From Lepidodermella squamata (Eukaryota > Animalia > Gastrotricha), in assembly GCA_047495785.1 (NCBI GenBank), contig JBLDXI010000026.1:1422532-1486531 (forward strand): a stretch of DNA of 64,000 nt, written 5' to 3'. This document shows, piece after piece, positions 24,766-36,026 of this stretch (positions within the stretch are counted from its first letter, which is position 1; each line of letters opens with the position of its first letter). The notes beneath the pieces were generated by a model that ran no database searches, was not told the origin of the DNA, and saw only the letters and a list, made by a program, of their open reading frames with translations. Position numbers and translations under genes: made by a program.

Positions 24766-26281
24766 TGTCCAATATTGATCCATAGGTAATGATCCACTGT
24801 GTTCCTTAGCCACCTCATCTGCAGCACATATAATCTGCGTTGATGTGCTTCCATTGCGTTCCAACTTTCACTCGCTTAGAGAAGAAGACAATGCTACCTG
24901 TAAATTATTGTCGCTAGTCTTCCAGTGGCAGCTTTTGTTTGATGTTCTCGATGTTCTTGACAATCCCTCGTTAGAGGAAATTCTTAATACAGTGCGCTAA
25001 AGAAGTCCGATCCACCGTAAATCAAAATCGTCATGTTTCGTGGTGAATCCGCGGTAAAAATTTATAAACATTTACCAGGTTCTTGGAGATCGAGTGTATA
25101 CTTCAAGAATATGAAAAAATTCATGGCGCAAACAAGGTTTATTTTTGCAATCGACATGCCAATCACAGACCAGGGACCGGACATTTTTGCGCAGTGTAAT
25201 TTTACAATTTTAAAACCCCTAATGATAACTTCTATTATTTTATCAATATTAACATTCCTTCTCAATTTACATTCGATATTATTAGTCGCTGAATTGAGTA
25301 ACTAAGAAGCGCGCAGTTTTAGCTGATGTGAGAACAAATTGAGCGAACTAGCTAATCACGGTTTTCATTATTAATGCAAGGCACTGATTGGAAAAACTTC
25401 GCGATTTATGGTTCCTCATCAACGCCTTGCGGAGCATTTGCTGATTTTTTCACGCTGTTAAGACCTTTGAAAGATTCCGCTCCTTTACAAAATACAGAAA
25501 TTTCGATGAGCGCAGAAGGTTGGGCGAATATAATGCAGAAAATGTCATTGTTGACCGAATAGAGGAAGTTATACAACGAATCAGGGTATTTTGACGATAT
25601 TCCCGTGAATTACTCTGTATCACTGGGAAATGAAGCTCGAAATTTCCGGAATTTACACCTAGTGAAAGAACAATAACTGTACCGCTCGAAATTATTTCGG
25701 CGTCAGATAAATGCCACGGTAGAAGTAGTCGACTTCTGGGACCTCTCTTCTGAATTGTTCCTGGTTATTAGGTCGCCAACTTCGCATCCGGGTCATTTAA
25801 TATTGAAAAATTAAGAATCATTTATTTCATTTCCGACAGGATTGTGGCAATCATGTAGGTATTTTATTCTTTATCGGTAAAACTTGAATAAAAGCATGCG
25901 ATTCCTAATATTCCAAAGTTTGAAGTGACCCAGCTGAGAACTTATACGAAATGCTCAACAGAACAAGCATCGAGTGAGTAATAATAGCAAAATCCCGAAA
26001 TTAGATTACGTATATTCAAAATAGTTTCGAAATGATTCCCCATGTATATAAGCGCGATTGACAATTTTTCGACTTGACACCAACGATGAAAGAGCGCATC
26101 AGAGTTTTCACGAGTAGTTATGACAGGATTATAAATACTCAACAATTCCAAACACACTTTGTTCAGACCCGAAGTTAAAGCCAGAGACTCAGTGGTTATT
26201 TTGCAACAATTTTTCATCAGCATTGTAATAAGTATATTGCAGCTTGGCGAGACGGAAATAATGTCAATTTTTGGTTTATAG

Positions 26282-29200
26282 TTATTCTCTGCGGAAATGA
26301 CCAGTTTTGTATTTTGACATCAAAACTTCGGCATCCATTTGATCCGAGGTATCAGCTGGACCACTATAGGGCGTATTTTGAACTCTCCTCAACGGACTGT
26401 TTTCTCGCGCGATAGTGCCCCAACTTATAGGCTCCTCTGTTTTGTACACCTTATGGTTGACGTCGTCAATAAATTTCTGTAAATAAATGAAAAATAAAGG
26501 GTGAAAATATAATATGTTGTCATAATAAGCCGGCCAGTATTTACCATGAGCGCTCGGCTCATGTAGAACGGTCTCTCGACAGTTCCGTCGTTATCTTCAG
26601 TATCTCGCACGAAGCAAACAAACAAAGAATGCAGCATATCCTGTGTGAGCCAGAGCAGACGAAAGAACACCTATTATTATCTGGCAAATTGCACCGAGCA
26701 AACAATTCAACGTACGCTGTATAGATCGAAAGTAACTGAAGCGATGAGAAACGACACGCAGAATATAAGTACAGCGCAAAACCAAGTCTCCTCTGCGGTT
26801 TTATGCTCGATCTAAACAAAATTTAACCTCAATTCGATTTTTCAATTTCAATTTCGTTTCACTCACACTTATTAAATATAATTCGGTACAGGCGGTAACA
26901 ACACTTGCCACCAGTAGGCGGCAAAGGAAAATGCAAGCGCCGCCAATCGACGCGATAGAAGCGACGTGAAGTGGGTGCCTAACGACCGAGTTGAACGCCA
27001 TGTTGGCAGCTGTGCAGAAATTTTTTCCATACATAGCTGCGCGCGTAAAAAAGACGTGCAAATTAATTCATCCATGATGTACCTTGTTTTTAATGAGCTG
27101 CTTACCCACGAACGCATAAGCGTAGTCGTTCAGCATGTTGTAGAACCTCCAGCAACAAGCTACGCAGCATTGAAAGCAGCGAAGAATGCAATTTACAGTA
27201 CGATTGTCTTCGCCATTCTTTTTCTTAGCGCTAGTTTTCGGAGGAAAAACATGAAGGCGAGAACTAATGAGATCAATCAACTTACAGCAGTAGGAGTACA
27301 CGTAGAGCCAGAAGGAGAAAGAAAAACAAAGCGTGGATAATTGAAGCAAACGCCACCGATCCAATGTGGTAGCACCAAGCTAAATGTGTTCCTATCATCA
27401 GGGCTGAATACTGATTTCGGCTAGCTCTATTAAAATATTAAATTTTAGTCAAACAATTCAGCAAAAAAATCAATGTACTCACTTAGGGGTAAAATACCAA
27501 ACAGTAGTCGAAGCACTTGTCGCCATGTTTTGAATTCCAACAATGAAGAAAAACATCCAAACGAACATTATCGAATGTACGATGATTAAATATCGGAATA
27601 TTTCATTCGGCGAAAATTCAACAAAACCCGCCGAATTAACGCTGTAGTGATCTGAAATTCACAGCTATAATCTGGGCTGAAATTACTTTTCGGCAACAAA
27701 CCAGTCGTGAACATTGAGAAGAAGACAATCGTTGACAATACGAGCCATGCTCCGATAAGGAAAATTTGTTTGAATGGCAAAAGTAGCATCGCAGGTTCAT
27801 CGGACAGGCACCTTGTGATTTCGCGGAAAATAGCGCACACCAATAAGATTTTGCGCCACAGAAAAATGACCAAGAATAAAATCAATAGCTGCAAAAAATC
27901 AACCAATTCCATCGATTTCATGTTAAATTTTATCAAAATTACCGCCGAGCATGTGCAGATGATTCCGAGTGCCAAGAATACCTTAATATTTCATCAATTT
28001 TCATCTTCATTTTCATTTTCATCATGTTTTTTTTACCGAGTGAGTGTCTACGAATGATGGAATCGGAAGGGTAGCAGGAAACCGGTAATCGTTCGCATAG
28101 GCAATCCATGACAGAATAGCCAACGCTGCATTGAGAAAAAAATCGAAGAATTTTCAATCCGTTCCCTCTCTGACATATTTTGCGTGGCAAGTGACAAAAA
28201 ATTAAGAGCCACATACCGAAACTTCCTAGAATGACGCCAAAGAGGATGAAGTATGTAAATACATAGGCCAAACAGTGCATCATCAGCATCATGAAAATCG
28301 ATAAAACTGCAAATAACACACAAGAATAATATTATTATACCAGTGAAAATGCTAGAAATCCACGAGTTTGTCATGGAAAAAAGCTAAGTAAACACAGCTG
28401 AAAGACCAAAAATCGTGAAAAGGCGAACTCTGATTGCGCAGTTTGCTCAATTACAAAGTTTCACGTAAAATTATTTTCCTAGTTTTTGCTTATCGTGACA
28501 AATCTAAATTGATGAAATAGGGTGAATATGATAAGCTCACCAACGGCAGATGCGCACGCAATGCCAATAGCCACTTCATTCGAGTAGGCTTGATGCAGAA
28601 ATTCGAACAGCAAATCCACTAATGTTCCTGTAATGAAGCTTTGCAGTTCCGACAATTGACCTCCAGTGCCAAATAATCGCAGCGACGATGAGCTCGCAGC
28701 GTTCAGCGGGATGCATCGATTAATTAATTTGACACTGAAAAAGAACCCAGGTGGAAATAATAGAATTAAAGGAGCAAAGTTAAACCTCTTTTGTATTGGC
28801 AATTTAGGACAAGGGCCATGACTCGAGAAGTTAGCCGCGGTAAGCGAGCTGTATGCATAGTAAGGTACGGAATAATCGCAGAGGTAATTTCCAGTCGCTT
28901 CGGTATAAGCAATAAATTCAGGAACTGTGGTGATAGCTGAAGCATTGTTCAAAGGAACAGGGCATTCTCGAACGCAAAGGCTCATTGCTAAACTGGACTG
29001 GCCGATTTTGTCAAAAAACATGACGCTTCTGAGAAAACAAAATGTTATCTGATGACATTCTACCAGTCTCCGTCGGTTACTTCAGGCCAGTGGTATTCAT
29101 ACCACTGTTTGATACATTAGCAACTTGAAGCTGTCGATCAGCAGACATATCACATGTGTTTCCATAGCTGTCAAACCCGTTCCAGTATCGAAGAGGCGAG

Positions 29201-29450
29201 CCCATGAAGAATGATACGATGCCGATGCAAACCTAGTTCAATATTTGATAATTATTCACAATATTTTCTGGTTGAACTTCAGCTCACCCATCCGACAACA
29301 GAAATCATGAAGAAAACAACGCACAATGAGTCAGTTAATCCTTTTCGCTTCTTAAGACCAGCATTCTAGAATATTTAAAACAAAAATCATTCAAAGATAA
29401 AGCAATAAATTATTACATACCTCTGGAATGGAACATCCGCAACACCCCAT
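26282..29450 (-). CDS. Choline transporter-like protein (SLC44/CTL), SLC44A1-like paralog A
   Basis: MGCCGCS N-terminus, RYWNGFDSYGNTC, LCVRECP, CFQCCVACCWRFYNML, AMYGKNFCTAA, FVCFVRDTEDNDGTVERPFYMS. Multi-exon with GT-AG introns. Confidence 0.9.
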
Positions 29451-31037
29451 CTGCGAGGCTTGGAGTTTTACCAATTAAAAATGCCTATCTGAGTAATAAA
29501 AACTTTTGTTACCCATGTCCCATCAAAGTCCTTAACTGCAACCCCAAACCCGAGGTGCAATAATTAAACTTATATGAGCCACAGCGGTTTTAAGCGGTTC
29601 ACTCATTGAAATGCCGAAAAATGATAAAATATCGCTAAATTTCCCATTCTAGCGCAAAAATTGTTCTCTATATTTGCCGGTCGTTGCAACTTTCCGGTCA
29701 TTTCGACTGTTTTTTTTTAATTTCGCTACTTATATTTGCGCCTTGACAACTCGAAAAATAGCCACCTTCGAGCGATGCGAGCTATAGCTAACGATATTTC
29801 TCAAATTTTGCAGTGTGCAGTGTGCAGCCAAAGACAGTTAGTTTTGAAGTCAAATTCTGACCCTTCAGTTTTAGTTAAGTTTGTGACTCAGTTTTGAATC
29901 ACATTTGGCTGAGTAGCGGAGTCAGAAAAGAGTTAATAAGACTCTGGAGTCAACGTTTGGACAACGCTGATTATGAAGGTCGAATTTACTTCACTTCAAT
30001 ACGTGCGTTCATGAGTCTCTCGTGTTTGCCACAAGTCACGCAGTGATCATCAAACTGAAGATCATTAATCAGATTTCCTCAGCATTAAAAGCTGAGTATA
30101 AAAAACCAAGCTGCACATGACCTGGGTTTTAGAGCGATAGATTATCCAAGAACGTCTAAGTACCAAATCGAAAAGCTGCAGATGCTCCAGAGAGATTCTA
30201 CCAAGAATAAAAAAAACCTGTTGGAAATTCAAAATCTGAATCCGCGCGGGTAAACCACATATGTCATGGTCGAATTCAAATTTTTTGATAAATGTAAAAA
30301 TAATAATAAAATTATCTGGTTAATATTATTCCAAGTGATTCAAAAGAAAGACTGCGCCTAATGATGGCATTAGTTCAAGGTGACCTCATCAAAGCTCAAG
30401 GATCGATCAAGACGCAAGAGCAGCTTATTTGTTGCTGATAATAGTGCTGAGATTATTCTTCAAAACTGGTAGGTTGAAGACGAGCATCCTAGTAAGTGAA
30501 TAATATTGAAGCAGTCAATGCCATGCATTTCAAAATTCAATGTACTCTGCTTGAGGCTTGAGCTCCGCCTCAGTGTCCGCAGTTATCGCCGGCCATCACT
30601 CACTTCATCAAACCTCGACCACAAAGATGCACTCAAAGTTTATATTTCAGCTGATGCTTAGACCTTACCCCAACGCGCTTGCACTTCGCTTCTTGCAAGC
30701 TTTAGACTTTATGCAAACAAAACCCACGACGCTTCGATTTACTGTTCGATTGTTTCACTTCCATAAGCAAACTTTCCAAAGTTGATGCAAGAACGACGCA
30801 CGCAGAAAATCAATCCCGGCATTGACACCTACAGCGTGTCACATTATCTATGTAAAATTGTTTTGAGGTTTTTGTTTTAGCTGATAAAGCATGAATACCT
30901 CGAAAATGTAACATCGAAGAACATTTACCGATGTTTCATTCCTTAGAATCCTTAATTCTCGTAGGCATTTTCGATTGATGGTTAGCATATAAAATTTCCT
31001 GCAGTGATTCATTTGATTTCTTTTATTAAAATTTGAG

Positions 31038-33442
31038 TTAGAAAAATAAGAAACGCGTCAATATAGTGGCAATTGTAGTCACAACTAGGAGAACACCTGA
31101 AGGCAGAGACGACGAGGCACCGAGAATTTCCGACGCCGGATCATCCTTCAACAATATCGGCCTGTCGATTATATGAATGACACCGTCTGCACAGCCTATA
31201 TTCGGGTACAGAACTTTGTAAATCTGACTGCCATAAAGCACCTGATAGTTGCTGCCGATGCGTCGTACTTGCAACAGTTCGCGGTAGTTGAGCGTATAGA
31301 CTATCAGGAAATTGTTGCCCAAGGCGGTCTGCTGGGGGTTGGTGTCAAGTTGGGAAATGTGACTCGCCTCTCCTATTGCTTCTGACAAGAAATACATCGA
31401 GCCCATAGACCTCGCCATGTGGCGACGTAAAACACGAGACATAGCATCAGCGTTGAGCAACATCTCTGCGGCACGACCTTTTTCCATCAACCATGCCCAA
31501 GACGATTCATTTGGTGCGAAAATCGTGTAATTAAACTGGCCAATTCTGCCTATTGACAGATGTTGTCCACCAGAACCAGCAACGTATCCCGGACCAAATG
31601 ATTCACCCCTGATGAAGCTATCAAAGCCGTAATCTTGCATGAGCTGAAAAGTAGTGCTGAAACATTGGAAGTAATTAGTTTTTTTCAGTGATATGGAAAA
31701 TATGCTGACTTCATTAGAGGAAATGATCTTGATTTATGGAATATGGATCGACCGGGCCGGCCTAAAAACTCGTCAATGTAGTGAATAACGCCATTCGTTG
31801 CGCCACCCATGCCATATCTCAAGTCATTGATGATAATAGTGGCGAATGTCGGGATAAAACGACCACCAGCGATCGCATGTACATAGTAAGTCCCTATAAT
31901 TTTAAGAAGAATAATCAATTAATGCATAAGACTTTGTAATAGATCAGACCATTCCACATGCGGTAAAAATTAAGTTCGGTTCCCGCTAGAGTTGTTTTGC
32001 GTACGTAACGTGGATATTCAAACGGGTTGATTTGGACGAACAGTTGTAATTCGCGTCTTATGTCGTTGAGTTGCAACTCCTCCCGAATAATGTGACCCTT
32101 TGTGAGGTTTGACAACAGTGGCTTATCAGACACGTTAAGGTTATTCACACCAACGAATCGCATGGAGTCGGTGACTGCGTTGTCACTAGGCGCCATTACA
32201 GTAAATCTAGTTACCGGGACACCGTATCCGGAATGAGACAATGTCTCTGTTAACGGCGGATCCTCATGAACGAATCCGGCAAACTCCTGCAAATCCAGCA
32301 TGCTTTTAAGCTTTGTAGGAATATCTTCGTAAGGATACAGCACATTGTCGATCATGTGAATTACGCCATTTTTCAGCGGAATGTTTCTCGTCAGCAACCT
32401 GGTTCGAACATTGTTACATATAATGTAGTCTGCGAAATCAAGATCTTTAATATATGCGAAGGAAATTGAAGAAAACTCACTAAGGGTGCTGTTGTATGAG
32501 TCTTTGCTGATTTCAAGATTCGAGTACTCCATCGGGTACAGCTCGTTTGGTTGCATCGGTCCGGTGAAGTATACCGATTTCAAGTTGAAATGAGCAAGCA
32601 GTGTGTTCCTCAGAATGTTGTTGTCCATGGTCTTGTCTTTAAGGAGCCGGTCCAGCACAGGAATAGGCAATCTTCCAAATGCTACATCGTCAGGTAAGAA
32701 TAGCGTTGACCTTGCAGGTGTCTGCAGCGTGTTCCATAAAAGCGGGTCACTCAATGCAACGCGGTCAATAAGTTCGTTGAATCTGAATACTCGATTTTCT
32801 GTCTGCTGCAAGAACCCATAAATAGTTTGCGTTTTCCCAACCGGAACGAGAGCGTGGTCAATTAGATAAACGACCGCCAAGGATGTTGCCATCGGAATAT
32901 ATGTGCCACTGATGACCTGGGCACCGTGAATAAGGTAGTCTCCCTCGATTACTTGAGCGTGATTAACAAAGTATCGCAACACCTGCACGCCAGAATTGTC
33001 TGTGACTCGAACAACGCTTGTGTACACAGGAGTACCTAGTAAATATCGACCTAGTAACGTGTCAAGAGAGGAAATCAACTGGAGTACCGTGCATAGTCGT
33101 TAGGACATCTCTGACTGTTCCGAACTCGCCAAGAGGAACAAGGCCTTTTGCAGTTGAGTCATAGATATGGTACTTGACGGTATCTCGAAGAATCAGGTCG
33201 CTGTTTATCAACTTGTCCGATTGCGAAACCTTGTAAGCTTCATCGGTGTATGCGAAAACGGTGAATTTGAAAGAGGGATTTGAAAGACGGTCACGAACTG
33301 TGGGATTCAGGTTAATTTGATTCCTGAATTGAATCAATAACGGATGATGGTTAATTATATCCCAGGCGGTCGCGGTGTTGTTTATTGGCTGTCCCGCAAC
33401 CACCGTGACCAATAACACCAAAAATGTCAAGTTTTCAAGCAT
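31038..33442 (-). CDS. Fasciclin-1-like cell-adhesion protein (signal peptide, four FAS1 repeats, probable GPI signal), 5 exons
   Basis: FAS1 H1 motifs FTVFAYTDEAY, STLFLPDDVAF, FTVMAPSDNAV, YTIFAPNESSW; H2 motifs NGVIHMIDNVL, NGVIHYIDEFL, DGVIHIIDRPI; hydrophobic C-terminus after ASSS. Confidence 0.9.
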
Positions 33443-33610
33443 AAAAAACTATAAGGTGTTAGAATATGACCGATGACAGTAGCTCATTTCAGCTGACTGA
33501 ACATGTGTTAATTTCCGTGAAGTGAAGCATGTGAAGGTATGGCGCAATCATATTTCTAGCTAAAATGAACGAACTTGAGGGTCTAAATTCGTGCGTTTCT
33601 TTTGTAGATC

Positions 33611-33810
33611 TCGTTAGCGACGCGCCAAAACAACCACTTTGATGACTCATTCGATCGTACTTTGACGAGCCGAACGTAAAGAACGAGTACGTTCGGCTTT
33701 TGAGCACTAATCGTACTAATCGTAATTTGAGTTTACTTTCAAGAGTCGAACGTACTTTCCATAAAAAAGCTATAAATAGTAAAGTGGTTGTTTTGGCGCG
33801 TCGCTAACGA
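33611..33810. mobile_element. 200-bp MITE with perfect 30-bp TIRs
   Basis: 33611-33640 TCGTTAGCGACGCGCCAAAACAACCACTTT equals the reverse complement of 33781-33810. Flanked by TC/TC (or overlapping GATC). Internal hairpin GCCGAACGTA...TACGTTCGGC. Confidence 0.82.
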
Positions 33811-34559
33811 TCTTTGACTTAGGCACAGCCAGAGTTAAGCATTCATTGCAGATTTGTTTAAGCGAAAGGTTCAATTTGGCAATAAAGTGCAAATTTCGGA
33901 ATTCGGCTATATACTTATAGAGGCAAAACAGCACCATATGAAATAAGCTAATAGTATGCAAAGGTGACGAGATGACTCAATGCCAACAACTGCGATATAT
34001 GCTTATCTCGTTATAATGCTAGTTGTGTATGCTTTTATAGTGTGGGTGGAGCCTTATCAGCACCAAAAACGCTATAAGGCTAGTTATTATTCTTTCTTCT
34101 TTCATTATTTCCTTCATTTGGCGGTTATACGTGGGCTCATTCTTGCATATTCGAAAAAGCGCGCGAAATTCAAATGGACAATCGAAGAAAGCGACATCGG
34201 GAACCCTAATTCCAGTCATTAAACAAAGAAATATCTGATGAAACACCCATATGTGAGCGTGCGTCTTTGAGGCGGAAGGCAGAAAATAAACTTTTTCGAA
34301 TAAAAAGGTTGCCAAATGTCGTAAATTGAAAAAACCAAGCAAAATACAACTTGGAATGATTCAACGACTGGATCAACATAGAGACCGTTACGCGCCACTT
34401 TTGGCACTTTCTTGGATTTGAGCGATGTCAAGTTGTTTAGTTTCGCTCGGATTTTCACACAGAACAGAACAGGTGAGTAAACACTCCTAGCGAAGTGCGA
34501 TTAGTGACAGTTATAACGACGCTGCTTCTATCACTTGGCATTCTTTAAACGGGCGAGTC

Positions 34560-35929
34560 ATGATCACGATCTGTAAATCTGAACTGCTAAAGATTCTAGC
34601 ATTCATAACTTTTTACTATGTACAAACTCTCTGCAGTTTGAGCGACAATGGTAGCCAAAGCGCGACTACATTAGCGGCCCCAATGGACTCTTTGCTAATA
34701 GATAGCTTGAAAAAACGCTGTTGGGAGATAAACGCGCCAAAAACAACTCCAAGATGCTCCCTGCAGAATGAGTATCAGGTAGTGGAGCTTGGTATGCGCG
34801 CTGAGCTATTGCGCTTACTTTCGGTCAGCGACACGGAGCAGTCGTTAGTTGAAACAACCTGGCTAAACGCTCTCCATTAATTCTTAATCAACTTATAGAA
34901 TGGCGGTCGCTTTGGAACTGGCTTTCATGTGGGAAATACCATGCATTGAATGGAGAAACGATCCTCAGTGGAAAGATATTGAATATGTAACGCTGGACGC
35001 CAAAGCAATATGGCGCCCATTAATGCAGCATACGAATGCGGTGAAATACTTCGATGCTGTAGATCGGTTCGTTTATATTTACGCGAAGCTGATTATTGCA
35101 TTAATTTATTTTCGAAGTAACGGAATGGTAGATGCTGTTCTCCTAAAATATGGCATAGCAAACTGGGGAGCGGCTGGGAAATTTGAGTCAACCTGCAATT
35201 TGAATTTCTTATATTTTCCATTCGATTATCAAACCTGTGAAATAATCTTCACAGTGAGTTATTTCGGACAAACAGAATTTGAACTTCCCAAGTTTTATTT
35301 TATAGCTGTACTCGCCTACGTTCGAGGTAGTGTTCGCCAGGAACGATAGCGAAGTAATGATTACCGATAAATTCAACGATGATGGCAGCCCATGGGATGT
35401 TGCGATGGCAACTTGGCGTGTGGAGGAAGTCGAATCTATGATAAATACATTTAACCGGGGACGATTCACCGTCACGATCCATCTTAAAAGGCGTCCTAAG
35501 TTTTACATGACTAACATCTTTATACCAGTTTTATTACTTGTTGTACTTCTGTTGGCGTCATTGATAATTCCACCAGATGCAGAACGGTGCGGATTCACCA
35601 TCACGATCTTGCTCGCTTTTGCCGTGCTGCAGAATTCGATCAATACGAATATTCCTCAGACTAATGATACCATCCTGGCTGTTTATTACATCACGGCACA
35701 AATGGGGCTCGGAACGCTACTAACGATTTACTCAGTTTTAGCCTCGAGTCTTTGTAGACACAAGCATTTTCGAAACACAGTTGTCTTGGAGAAACTCTCT
35801 AAATCCTTCAGGATTGCCAAGATAAGACTGGTTGACCTTGCAATATTGGCTGCAGCTGTCATTCTTGAGATTGCAATCAACGCTTTCTACTTCTGCGCGG
35901 TGCTAATCTTCAACAAGCCACCCGAATGA
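34560..35929 (+). CDS. Cys-loop ligand-gated ion channel subunit (nAChR/5-HT3-like, non-alpha, orphan)
   Basis: Signal peptide, IWRP, Cys-loop CNLNFLYFPFDYQTC, LKRRPKFY pre-M1, M1-M2 IPPDAERCGFTITILLAFAV, IPQTND M2-M3 loop, short M3-M4 loop, M4. Confidence 0.9.
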
Positions 35930-36026
35930 AACTATCGCAGGTATTTACTGGACATTACAAGTATTATGTAGGAAATCGGTGATTGGTAATAATAATTTCA
36001 AAGCAATTTATAAAGTCTTTTGCATG

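Noticed and set aside
30060-30260. YQIEKLQMLQRDSTK resembling a LINE ORF2 C-terminal motif
   Set aside because: Too short, no flanking RT motifs; cannot be supported without a profile search.
34731-34748. ACGCGCCAAAAACAAC in the Cys-loop CDS resembling the nearby MITE TIR
   Set aside because: Only ~15 nt with an indel, inside coding sequence; compatible with chance.
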